DNA of 64,000 bases from Chloropicon primus (lineage: Eukaryota). Of this stretch, positions 22,450 through 32,308 are shown piece after piece. Location of the stretch: positions 186,001 to 250,000 of the forward strand of contig CP060766.1 in NCBI GenBank assembly GCA_023205875.1, read 5' to 3'. Made by a program: the position numbers and the translations under genes. Below the pieces are notes generated by a model. It searched no databases and was not told the DNA's origin. It saw only the letters and a program-made list of their open reading frames with translations. The number at the start of each line of letters is the position of its first letter. Positions within the stretch are counted from its first letter, which is position 1.

Positions 22450-23634
22450 TACTCCTCACTACACTTTCTCTCGCAAGCTGTTCCTCCTCGCTAGGGTTTG
22501 GGTTGCCCAAATTCCTCTCTCACGCACACCGCGCAACGCACACCGCAAAAAAGGCGCGCGTCGTCTTGGTCCGCGTGTTTGCTCTTGTGTCCGAACAACA
22601 ACGACGCCGACACCGCAAAGGCAAACGCTTGGGATCGACGACTTGAGTTCGAAGCGTTTTGCCTTGCCGCCTCACGCCACTTGGACACTTTATCACAAGG
22701 GGGCGGTCAGAAGGACACCCGGTGAGAAAACCACAAAAAAATATATATATTGATAGTATATAGATAAATAAGTCAGTCACGTGAACGTATCGCTTTTTCT
22801 TATCCTCATGTTGTGATCTGACTCATCTGACTATCGAGAAGTTGTAAAGCTTGCGAAGACGTTACCCTTGAGAGGGGATGGAAGGGGATTGACAAGCGTT
22901 TTCAACGTGGGACCCCTCACGTCGATCTCATGGGACCACTTCACTCGTCGAAATTCTTCTCAACGGCTGAGGCTGACCTGGAGTAAGCTGTAGTAACCTG
23001 AGCCTCAAGAGTAGATAGGAACGAAACGGAAGGTCGGCTTCTTGGCACAGTCAACGTGCCAAAGGCGAGGAAGTGTCCCCCGAGGCTCTCTCAAGCCCGC
23101 AGGTAATAGAAGGGTGACGGGGTAAGTGGTCGGGTACGGGCCATAGAGGAGAGGAGAGGATGGGAGAGGAGAGGAGAGGAGAGGATGGGAGAGGAGAGGA
23201 GAGGAGAGGATGGAGCTCGAGTAACTCGCGCCGCCGTCGGGCTTCCCCTTCCCCCAGTACAAGGACACGATCACCAGCATGACACGATCTTGTCCCCTCC
23301 CAGTACACTTCATGCTCGCCTGGTGGTCACACTGAAATTCTGACTTTTGGTTTTTTGTGGTCGAAATCAAACCACCGGCAGGGATCGAGGCCGCGGCGCG
23401 GAAACGAGGTGAGTTCGGAGCGACCTGAGCGATCTGAGGGGGGTCGTGCGCACCGGGAGGGTTCACGGATGAATAATACGTCTCTTGATCTTTCGAACGG
23501 TCCCTCCCTTGAAAGATCTGGACCGGGATGAAGTGGTTTGGACGAGTTCAACTTGTTCTTCTTCGTAGAAACTGAACCCGAATGAATGCCTTGCTCGTTC
23601 TCGTTCTCGTTAAGGTAGATAGATAGGCATAGGT

Positions 23635-24318
23635 ATGAACTGTACAGTATCATCGAGCTTGAGCTCCGCTCGCGCGAAGGCGGTAGGCGTCGCCGTCGCC
23701 GGAAGGAGGGCTTCCAACTCGGCGGCGATCTCGTGGAACAAGTCCGCTCGCCGTCACAAGGTGAAGGCGAGAGCAGAGGAGGACGAGGAGGCCAAGGGAG
23801 TGATGGCTGACATTGGGCTCGGGGATCTGGAGGAGGTGATGGAGAAGGCCTCCGGAGGGAGCACGACCTCGGACATGATGCCGGAAGACATGGATGGCCT
23901 GATGAAGTTCCTCGGCGCGGAGGACGTGGACTTTGCTCAGAAGCTCTTGGTAGAAAAGTACGGCGAGTCCCTCTACAGGGAGCTCGGGTTCACCAAGCAG
24001 GCTGAGACGATCAACGGCCGACTCGCGATGATTGGTTTCCTCGCGGGGTTCGGAGGCATCTTCGCCGGCGACGTGTTGACGCAGTTCGCCACCGCGCCCA
24101 AGACCAGCCTCGTCGTCGCTCTTGGGATCATCGCGGCCACTCTTGTCCCGAGCGTGAAGCCGGAGGGGTACATTCCTAGCGGGGTTAAGGACGGCGTGAT
24201 GAAGGCCTACGAGGGAGCGGGCCTCTCGGACATCTTCACCCCGAAGGCCGAGCTTATTAACGGCAGAGGCGCCATGATCGGCTTCTTGGCCCTCACCGTG
24301 CTCTCCATCATTTTCTAA
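23635..24318 (+). CDS. ELIP/CBR-like light-harvesting-like protein
   Basis: Two chlorophyll-binding motifs (AETINGRLAMIGF, AELINGRGAMIGF) flanking a middle hydrophobic helix; transit peptide. Confidence 0.88.
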   Translation: MNCTVSSSLSSARAKAVGVAVAGRRASNSAAISWNKSARRHKVKARAEEDEEAKGVMADIGLGDLEEVMEKASGGSTTSDMMPEDMDGLMKFLGAEDVDFAQKLLVEKYGESLYRELGFTKQAETINGRLAMIGFLAGFGGIFAGDVLTQFATAPKTSLVVALGIIAATLVPSVKPEGYIPSGVKDGVMKAYEGAGLSDIFTPKAELINGRGAMIGFLALTVLSIIF

Positions 24319-24396
24319 GCGCGCGCCGCGGGCGTGGGCGTGGGGGCAGCACGATCGATCCGTCAAAGGCTTTGGAAGCCAAGCGTAAGCTTTTGA

Positions 24397-25371
24397 TTAA
24401 AACTGGATTTCTGTGTTCACGGGGTTCTTCAAGAAAAGGAATCGAAGCCCGCCAAAATCCAAGAAGGAACCGTTTTGCAGCGCCGCCCGCCTCTTCGTGG
24501 GCACCACCTTGTTGTCCACCCTCACCTTCCTCTGACCAAAGTTCTGGAAATGAAAGCTTCCGTCGGGAAGCATCTTGATGATTCCTTGCTGCCTCGACAC
24601 TTTGCTGCAGTTCCCCTCCAAGCTCAAGTCCACGTCCACGAGCTGGTGCTTTGTGTTCCGGCCCACCGACATTTCTGGCCTGGAGAGAAAGTACGCTGAA
24701 TTCTTCCCCACAAGACATGCCAGCGCACCTTTGGAGCTCGACCTCCTCGAAAATATCGACAACGCGGTCTTCTCCAAGGCTCTGATCCCTCCCAGTTTCT
24801 GGCGAGCAGCCTTCTGCCGCCTTGCCAAGGCCTCCTTGGTGGCCCCTTCGCTGCTCAGCTGCACCTTTCCTGACACAATGTCCTCCTCCACCTCGGACAC
24901 GCTCGGCAGGTCACAGTCTTTGGACGCGTAGTGCAATGCTAGGCTCTCCACCCCCCCGCCTCCCCCCGCCTCTGCTCCCCCAGCCCGCCCGCCCTCCACA
25001 GCTTTGTCCTCCTGCTCGCCCCCACCTTCCTTCTCCTTCTCCTTCTCCTTCTCCCCTCTCCCTCTGATCTTTTGTGCCCTGGACGACAGCTCGTCCAGAA
25101 GAACCCAGTACTGCTCCTTGTACAACTCAATCAACCGAGCCACCTTCTCCTTCCTCCTCCTCACCACCTCGATCGCGCTGAGAGCATCAGGTATGGAGTC
25201 CAGAAAACTCGTTGGGACACCTCCCTGCTCCGCTTCGTCCGCCACCTCGCCGCCGAAGCCGTCGTAACGCATGTCATCCGGCACGCTGGGTCCTGCCTCT
25301 GCCACTTCAACCTCCGCACCGACTTCCTCCTTCCCCTCCTCGACCTTCCTCTCGATCTCCACCTCCATCAT
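24397..25371 (-). CDS. FHA-domain protein, microspherule protein 1 (MCRS1)-like C-terminus
   Basis: ALACLVG...VGRNT...VDVDLSLEG...KVSRQQGIIK...F.FQNFG matches the MCRS1-type FHA domain. Confidence 0.8.
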   Translation of the reverse strand: MMEVEIERKVEEGKEEVGAEVEVAEAGPSVPDDMRYDGFGGEVADEAEQGGVPTSFLDSIPDALSAIEVVRRRKEKVARLIELYKEQYWVLLDELSSRAQKIRGRGEKEKEKEKEGGGEQEDKAVEGGRAGGAEAGGGGGVESLALHYASKDCDLPSVSEVEEDIVSGKVQLSSEGATKEALARRQKAARQKLGGIRALEKTALSIFSRRSSSKGALACLVGKNSAYFLSRPEMSVGRNTKHQLVDVDLSLEGNCSKVSRQQGIIKMLPDGSFHFQNFGQRKVRVDNKVVPTKRRAALQNGSFLDFGGLRFLFLKNPVNTEIQF

Positions 25372-25798
25372 CTTCCTCAATCAGCAGCCACAACACCAAC
25401 ACCTCCACAACCCTTCCCTCGCGTCCAACCCTTCCAATGAGCGCACCAATCGAAAGCTCGCGAGATGCGCTTTCGTCCTGCGGTGACCTCCGACGCGCCT
25501 GCCCTCGTCTTCGTACCCAACTTTCCTCCCAAAGGTTCGTTCGCTCGCTCGCTGCCCTCTCGACGACTCCAAAACCCTTTTGTGTTGGGCCACAAGGAGC
25601 GACGAGCGAGGCGAGGCGAGGCGAGGCGAGGCGAGGTATTCTGGTTCTTGGACAGACAGTGGTGAGGATCAATCGAAAGTACGTCTCTCGGGCTTTCCAA
25701 CGACACCTTGGTTGACCCTTGATTCGTCGATTAGAGCTGACTCTGACGGTATTGATGCTGTTTCTGAAGAGCAAAGTGTGGGACATCCGATCCACACT

Positions 25799-26800
25799 AT
25801 GTTGTGCACCAGTGGATTGCTGAGAGGGTCAGGGGGTCTAGGGGTGAGGAGACTCATGTCAGCGTGCGGAGGAGCGTCCTCGATTGCTGGAGGGGTCAGA
25901 ACGCTGAGAGGTGGAGAGAACAACAACAACAAGTGGCTTGATCAAGCGCAGAGAAGAGGGATGTCCAAATCCACTGGTTTCGATGCTGAGGTCTTGAAGC
26001 TGTACCGCATTGTGAACACGAACCTTGTTCCAATGTGGGCCAAGATCGTGGAAACGGTTGGCAAGGAATCGGGAGGGAAAGGATCCGTCCTGGATTTGGC
26101 TAGCGGGCCCGGGAACCCATCCATGCAGTTGGCCGAGGCGTTTCCGCAGCTCAAGGTCAAGTGCACGGACGCCAGCCCTGATATGGTGGACAAGGCAAAG
26201 GCCCTGGCCAAGGAGAAGGGCTTGTACGATAAGCTGGAGTTCGAAGTTTTGGATCTGGAAGACCTCTCGGCAATTCCTTCGGGATCGCAGGACATGGTCA
26301 CCGTCTCTCTGGGCTTCATGTTCCCAGAAGACCTGAAGAAGAGTGTTGAGGAGGTGCATCGCGTCACGAAGCCTGGTGGGACTTTGGTCACAACGGTTTG
26401 GCGCGAGGTTCCTATGATGGAGCTGGTTGCTGATGTCATGGAGGAGCTCTTGAACAAGAAGCTTCCCCCTCCTGCGATCAACCCACTGTCCCTCAAGGAA
26501 AACAGCGCCTTGGATGGTCCACTTCAAGACGCTGGCTTTGAGATCAAGTCGAGCGAAGAGCTTCCCATAACCTTCAACCTTGGGACGAGAGAGGAGGCTT
26601 GGCAGGTTGGAACACTTTTTGACAGAGCCATGCTGAACGAACTGCAGGAATCTGGTGAGGAAGGGGACGTTTTTGGAAAGTTCAGGACCATCTTTGAAGA
26701 GAAAGCCGAAGGAATGTGGATCCAAGATGGCGACAGTGAAGTTTTATGCATGCCGGATCCTGGCATTTATCGCCTTGTTGTGGCCAAGAAACCTTTGTGA
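25799..26800 (+). CDS. Class I SAM-dependent methyltransferase with probable mitochondrial presequence
   Basis: VLDLASGPG motif I, TDASPDMV, EVHRVTKPGG. Confidence 0.88.
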   Translation: MLCTSGLLRGSGGLGVRRLMSACGGASSIAGGVRTLRGGENNNNKWLDQAQRRGMSKSTGFDAEVLKLYRIVNTNLVPMWAKIVETVGKESGGKGSVLDLASGPGNPSMQLAEAFPQLKVKCTDASPDMVDKAKALAKEKGLYDKLEFEVLDLEDLSAIPSGSQDMVTVSLGFMFPEDLKKSVEEVHRVTKPGGTLVTTVWREVPMMELVADVMEELLNKKLPPPAINPLSLKENSALDGPLQDAGFEIKSSEELPITFNLGTREEAWQVGTLFDRAMLNELQESGEEGDVFGKFRTIFEEKAEGMWIQDGDSEVLCMPDPGIYRLVVAKKPL

Positions 26801-26874
26801 GGCCGCACGCACACTTTGCTATTGTCCATCCATGAGAACCATGCGATGTTTCTGTAAACAAAAATTCTTTCTTT

Positions 26875-29415
26875 TTAATGTACAACTATCGTGCAGTCCC
26901 CTTGCTTTCCTATCACGCACGCCTCCTCGGAGATGTCAATGCCACCAGCGCTTTCGTGAGCAAAGAACAGGCGCACCTCCTCGCCAGGGAAGCCCACAAC
27001 AACAACAAGCACATGAGACGAATCAAAAGATATGCCCTTGATGCGCTGCGGCGATGTGGGAACAAACTTGTCGAGCTCTCCCAATATGCCAACGCCGTTC
27101 GGAAGGACTTTTGCAAAGTGCCAAAGCTCGTGATCCAGCGGATCCATTGCAGGCAAAGTCACAACAGAGCCAACAAATGGCATGCTCACGACCTTGATCC
27201 GTGTCACGTCAAAGTCGGGGACATGGTAAGCCAAGTACGTTGCGTTTGTGGACGACGGGGGGGACTCCACCACGTTCAAGACATCCCTCAGACTCAATGA
27301 TGTCGCGTTCTGCACGTCAGCAGCAAGAACATGCATCCAAGCCTCTTCGCCGATCCGGCTGTAAGTCCCCCAGATCTCGCTCCTTGCGGGGAACTCCCCC
27401 TTGGCTCCACCGAATGCCTCAGAAACAAGGCTGAAGTCCATTGCCGTCATTGCCTTGGAGGGCTTGAGCAGCAAACCATCCTCAGAGCACGTCCTCATGA
27501 TCAATGCCTTGTCAGAGAAGCCAACGCCGTCCGCAATTTGGACGGGTCCCGTGCTCAGGAGGGCAACGAGAACCTCGAGCTCTGGCCTCGCCTCCACAAA
27601 GTCACCTTCGGATCCCCCTGGCTCCGTGCGAGAAGTGTACACGCCGTCCTTGCTCGGGGCAAGACCAATGGCATTCACGAAGATAGAGGACCTGCCGATG
27701 CGCCACTGCCACGCCCTGTCCGTAGGACCGTAGTCGTTACTCGCCCTGATTTGCGTCACCGCTGGGACCTCCAGGCTCTGAAGGGCGTGTCGTGGGAAAG
27801 CCATACAGTACTGAATGTTCACGTTGTGGGCAGATGCTGCTGCCCCCATCTGCAGGAGCCACGCTCTCCCAAGCGATGCATCCTCCAACAGCTTGGTCAT
27901 TCCCAAAAACTGAGGCCAAAGCCAATCTTGCTCGTACGTTGCAAGGCCCCACTCCCTCGTAGCCTGCTCAAACAAGTAGTCCCAAAATGTCTCGTCCGCA
28001 GGGAGAGAGTACGCGTCCGTTGTATTGCAAGGGCACCCTGTGTCGTGCACAAACTTGAAGCTCCCTCCATGGAGCTCGTCGTACTCCGTTCTGTTGCTCC
28101 AAAAGCGATTGTGAGCCGTGAAGGCCCAACCAGTCTGCTCACCAAACTCTCCCATCCCTCTGTTGCCGCCGCGGAACACGTCGTCCCTCGCTTCCCACAG
28201 AATGACGGAGTGGTCCGATGGGTCTCTGTAATACCACCAGGAGTCAAGCAAAATGTTTTTGTACGGAATACCTTCAGCTTGGCTGTACTCATACACGTCC
28301 ACAAGCGTTGCATTCATGTCCTTGCCTTGCTCTGGATTGTAATAGTAGTAAGAACCTTTATCGGTTGTGTAACCCAAGTACTCGTTCGTGATGTCATCCT
28401 CCACGGCCCTGTGCGGAGGCTTGCCGTAATACGAGAGCATGTGGTCCCCCCACGACCGAAACGCGTGGTTGATGCCCCGGTTGCTCGCAAATAGAACGTG
28501 AGACACGGAGAAACCGGCAGGAATTCTCCCCACGCTTCCCATGATCCCCCAATCCACCACGCCGCCCTCGCTGGAGTCCACCGATGCACTCATGAAGTTG
28601 CTGTGAGAGCTGATGACGATGGCATTTCCGTTCTCATTGAAGAGAGCAATGGGGCCAGAGGAGAGACCTCCCATGACCACATCTTTGTGCCACAGACCAA
28701 GGTTGGGCCCCTCGGCGCCGTCCTTTCCGTTCTCAAAAATGCCATAGTACTCCATGAATCCAAGCTCCTCCTCGGAAGCACCTTCGACCCTTGCAAAGGA
28801 TGGAAAAGCAGACGACAGGCCTTGCCAGATCATCGAAGCGCACGAATCGCATTGGTCTACCTGTGGCCTCGTGGGACTGCAGCTCAAGCCATCGCTCTGG
28901 GTGCCCACAACCTCGTTGGGAAAGTGTTGGTCGAACAGAACCAGGTTCCCAAGCGAAGGGAACCACTTGATCTCGCCTACCATGGTTGCCACCGTCCCGT
29001 TGTCGAGGCGAGACTGCTTCGACACCCACTCCCACGACACGCCCTCGTACTCCCCCAGCTTTGCATCCACTCCTCTCAGCTCTTCCGTCCTCACGAGCTC
29101 CAGTTTCCCGTTCCCCTCGGTGCACACCTCGCCCAAGTGGCGCAAGTACGACCGTCCGGAGGTCAACCACCGCTTCCCATCCACAACGATCGAGTACGAT
29201 GCCTCCCCGGGATTCTGACCCAGCTCAACCTCCAGCAGAGGCCCCTCTCCCTCCCTCATCATCTCCCTCTGCCTCGAGCTCTCCCTCTGCCATGCCTCGT
29301 TCCCGCCTCGCGATGCGCACGCCAAGTCGACGAGGAGAAGAAGGAGAGCCGCCAGAGTGATGCCACGACCCCCGAGGGTCACTCCCTTCGCCATTATCGC
29401 CGCCTCAGTCGCCAT
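26875..29415 (-). CDS. Secreted putative glycoside hydrolase (GH36/clan-D-like), downstream copy
   Basis: Signal peptide (ITLAALLLLLVDLACA); LLDSWWY, YEQDWL, QYCM and RASNDY parallel clan-D DDGW, KxD and RxSxD motifs (family assignment inferred). Confidence 0.7.
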   Translation of the reverse strand: MATEAAIMAKGVTLGGRGITLAALLLLLVDLACASRGGNEAWQRESSRQREMMREGEGPLLEVELGQNPGEASYSIVVDGKRWLTSGRSYLRHLGEVCTEGNGKLELVRTEELRGVDAKLGEYEGVSWEWVSKQSRLDNGTVATMVGEIKWFPSLGNLVLFDQHFPNEVVGTQSDGLSCSPTRPQVDQCDSCASMIWQGLSSAFPSFARVEGASEEELGFMEYYGIFENGKDGAEGPNLGLWHKDVVMGGLSSGPIALFNENGNAIVISSHSNFMSASVDSSEGGVVDWGIMGSVGRIPAGFSVSHVLFASNRGINHAFRSWGDHMLSYYGKPPHRAVEDDITNEYLGYTTDKGSYYYYNPEQGKDMNATLVDVYEYSQAEGIPYKNILLDSWWYYRDPSDHSVILWEARDDVFRGGNRGMGEFGEQTGWAFTAHNRFWSNRTEYDELHGGSFKFVHDTGCPCNTTDAYSLPADETFWDYLFEQATREWGLATYEQDWLWPQFLGMTKLLEDASLGRAWLLQMGAAASAHNVNIQYCMAFPRHALQSLEVPAVTQIRASNDYGPTDRAWQWRIGRSSIFVNAIGLAPSKDGVYTSRTEPGGSEGDFVEARPELEVLVALLSTGPVQIADGVGFSDKALIMRTCSEDGLLLKPSKAMTAMDFSLVSEAFGGAKGEFPARSEIWGTYSRIGEEAWMHVLAADVQNATSLSLRDVLNVVESPPSSTNATYLAYHVPDFDVTRIKVVSMPFVGSVVTLPAMDPLDHELWHFAKVLPNGVGILGELDKFVPTSPQRIKGISFDSSHVLVVVVGFPGEEVRLFFAHESAGGIDISEEACVIGKQGDCTIVVH

Positions 29416-32039
29416 AGCTGGTCGACTTGTCCATGGGATGAGTGACCTTTATGATGCTTGATTCCTGAGGGATGCATCTGCTGATCAGAGGAAAAGGAAA
29501 CGAGGAGGATTATTGTGCAGTCCCCTTGCTTTCCTATCACGCACGCCTCCTCGGAGATGTCAATGCCACCAGCGCTTTCGTGAGCAAAGAACAGGCGCAC
29601 CTCCTCGCCAGGGAAGCCCACAACAACAACAAGCACATGAGACGAATCAAAAGATATGCCCTTGATGCGCTGCGGCGATGTGGGAACAAACTTGTCGAGC
29701 TCTCCCAATATGCCAACGCCGTTCGGAAGGACTTTTGCAAAGTGCCAAAGCTCGTGATCCAGCGGATCCATTGCAGGCAAAGTCACAACAGAGCCAACAA
29801 ATGGCATGCTCACGACCTTGATCCGTGTCACGTCAAAGTCGGGGACATGGTAAGCCAAGTACGTTGCGTTTGTGGACGACGGGGGGGACTCCATCACGTT
29901 CAAGACATCCCTCAGACTCAATGATGTCGCGTTCTGCACGTCAGCAGCAAGAACATGCATCCAAGCCTCTTCGCCGATCCGGCTGTAAGTCCCCCAGATC
30001 TCGCTCCTTGCGGGGAACTCCCCCTTGGCTCCACCGAATGCCTCAGAAACAAGGCTGAAATCCATTGCCGTCATTGCCTTGGAGGGCTTGAGCAGCAAAC
30101 CATCCTCAGAGCACGTCCTCATGATCAATGCCTTGTCAGAGAAGCCAACGCCGTCCGCAATTTGGACGGGTCCCGTGCTCAGGAGGGCAACGAGAACCTC
30201 GAGCTCTGGCCTCGCCTCCACAAAGTCACCTTCGGATCCCCCTGGCTCCGTGCGAGAAGTGTACACGCCGTCCTTGCTCGGGGCAAGACCAATGGCATTC
30301 ACGAAGATAGAGGACCTGCCGATGCGCCACTGCCACGCCCTGTCCGTAGGACCGTAGTCGTTACTCGCCCTGATTTGCGTCACCGCTGGGACCTCCAGGC
30401 TCTGAAGGGCGTGTCGTGGGAAAGCCATACAGTACTGAATGTTCACGTTGTGGGCAGATGCTGCTGCCCCCATCTGCAGGAGCCACGCTCTCCCAAGCGA
30501 TGCATCCTCCAACAGCTTGGTCATTCCCAAAAACTGAGGCCAAAGCCAATCTTGCTCGTACGTTGCAAGGCCCCACTCCCTCGTAGCCTGCTCAAACAAG
30601 TAGTCCCAAAATGTCTCGTCCGCAGGGAGAGAGTACGCGTCCGTTGTATTGCAAGGGCACCCTGTGTCGTGCACAAACTTGAAGCTCCCTCCATGGAGCT
30701 CGTCGTACTCCGTTCTGTTGCTCCAAAAGCGATTGTGAGCCGTGAAGGCCCAACCAGTCTGCTCACCAAACTCTCCCATCCCTCTGTTGCCGCCGCGGAA
30801 CACGTCGTCCCTCGCTTCCCACAGAATGACGGAGTGGTCCGATGGGTCTCTGTAATACCACCAGGAGTCAAGCAAAATGTTTTTGTACGGAATACCTTCA
30901 GCTTGGCTGTACTCATACACGTCCACAAGCGTTGCATTCATGTCCTTGCCTTGCTCTGGATTGTAATAGTAGTACGCACCGTTGTCGGTTGTGTAACCCA
31001 AGTACTCGTTCGTGATGTCATCCTCCACAGCCCTGTGCGGAGGCTTGCCGTAATACGAGAGCATGTGGTCCCCCCACGACCGAAACGCGTGGTTGATGCC
31101 CCGGTTGCTCGCAAATAGAACGTGAGACACGGAGAAACCGGCAGGAATTCTCCCCACGCTTCCCATGATCCCCCAATCCACCACGCCGCCCTCGCTGGAG
31201 TCCACCGATGCACTCATGAAGTTGCTGTGAGAGCTGATGACGATGGCATTTCCGTTCTCATTGAAGAGAGCAATGGGGCCAGAGGAGAGACCTCCCATGA
31301 CCACATCTTTGTGCCACAGACCAAGGTTGGGCCCCTCGGCGCCGTCCTTTCCGTTCTCAAAAATGCCATAGTACTCCATGAATCCAAGCTCCTCCTCGGA
31401 AGCACCTTCGACCCTTGCAAAGGATGGAAAAGCAGACGACAGGCCTTGCCAGATCATCGAAGCGCACGATTGGCATGTTGCTCTTTGCGGTCTAGTGGGA
31501 CTGCAGCTCAAGCCATCGCTCTGGGTGCCCACAACCTCGTTGGGAAAGTGTTGGTCGAACAGAACCAGGTTCCCAAGCGAAGGGAACCACTTGATCTCGC
31601 CTACCATGGTTGCCACCGTCCCGTTGTCGAGGCGAGACTGCTTCGACACCCACTCCCACGACACGCCCTCGTACTCCCCCAGCTTTGCATCCACTCCTCT
31701 CAGCTCTTCCGTCCTCACGAGCTCCAGTTTCCCGTTCCCCTCGGTGCACACCTCGCCCAAGTGGCGCAAGTACGACCGTCCGGAGGTCAACCACCGCTTC
31801 CCATCCACAACGATCGAGTACGATGCCTCCCCGGGATTCTGACCCAGCTCAACCTCCAGCAGAGGCCCCTCTCCCTCCCTCATCATCTCCCTCTGCCTCG
31901 AGCTCTCCCTCTGCCATGCCTCGTTCCCGCCTCGCGATGCGCACGCCAAGTCGACGAGGAGAAGAAGGAGAGCCGCCAGAGTGATGCCACGACCCCCGAG
32001 GGTCACTCCCTTCGCCATTGTCGCCGCCTCAGTCGCCAT
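26891..32039 (-). repeat. Tandem duplication of 2525 bp (26891-29415 and 29515-32039; 99-bp spacer)
   Basis: Copies align without gaps at offset 2624; about 20 substitutions seen by eye. Confidence 0.97.
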
Positions 32040-32048
32040 TACCCTCAT
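29394..32048 (-). CDS. Secreted putative glycoside hydrolase (GH36/clan-D-like), upstream copy with C-terminal extension
   Basis: Paralog of the above; ATG at 32048 or 32039; reads through the spacer and stops at TAA 29396-29394 inside the next copy. Confidence 0.7.
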   Translation of the reverse strand: MRVMATEAATMAKGVTLGGRGITLAALLLLLVDLACASRGGNEAWQRESSRQREMMREGEGPLLEVELGQNPGEASYSIVVDGKRWLTSGRSYLRHLGEVCTEGNGKLELVRTEELRGVDAKLGEYEGVSWEWVSKQSRLDNGTVATMVGEIKWFPSLGNLVLFDQHFPNEVVGTQSDGLSCSPTRPQRATCQSCASMIWQGLSSAFPSFARVEGASEEELGFMEYYGIFENGKDGAEGPNLGLWHKDVVMGGLSSGPIALFNENGNAIVISSHSNFMSASVDSSEGGVVDWGIMGSVGRIPAGFSVSHVLFASNRGINHAFRSWGDHMLSYYGKPPHRAVEDDITNEYLGYTTDNGAYYYYNPEQGKDMNATLVDVYEYSQAEGIPYKNILLDSWWYYRDPSDHSVILWEARDDVFRGGNRGMGEFGEQTGWAFTAHNRFWSNRTEYDELHGGSFKFVHDTGCPCNTTDAYSLPADETFWDYLFEQATREWGLATYEQDWLWPQFLGMTKLLEDASLGRAWLLQMGAAASAHNVNIQYCMAFPRHALQSLEVPAVTQIRASNDYGPTDRAWQWRIGRSSIFVNAIGLAPSKDGVYTSRTEPGGSEGDFVEARPELEVLVALLSTGPVQIADGVGFSDKALIMRTCSEDGLLLKPSKAMTAMDFSLVSEAFGGAKGEFPARSEIWGTYSRIGEEAWMHVLAADVQNATSLSLRDVLNVMESPPSSTNATYLAYHVPDFDVTRIKVVSMPFVGSVVTLPAMDPLDHELWHFAKVLPNGVGILGELDKFVPTSPQRIKGISFDSSHVLVVVVGFPGEEVRLFFAHESAGGIDISEEACVIGKQGDCTIILLVSFSSDQQMHPSGIKHHKGHSSHGQVDQLWRLRRR

Positions 32049-32308
32049 GCTCCTTCCCTTGGCTTGGGAACAGACGCCGAACCGTTTCAGTTTCTGTTCC
32101 CTTCGCGGCGCTCGAGAGAGAGGAGAGGAGAGGAGAGGAGAGGGGAAGAGGCCAAGGGAGGAGGCGTCCACCGATCGAAGGGTCTGGTCGCGAGCTCTGG
32201 ATCGATACCTTACATTCTTGTGCTCGTCGGTCGTGTTGGGAACATACCAAACGAGAGAGAGATCGAAAGGGAGACGGAGAGAGGAGAGAGAGAGAAAGAG
32301 AGAGAGGG

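Noticed and set aside
22965..23025. TPP-riboswitch- or hammerhead-like words (CTGAG, AACCTGA, GAAAC)
   Set aside because: Required helices and remaining conserved nucleotides are missing; no thiamine gene nearby
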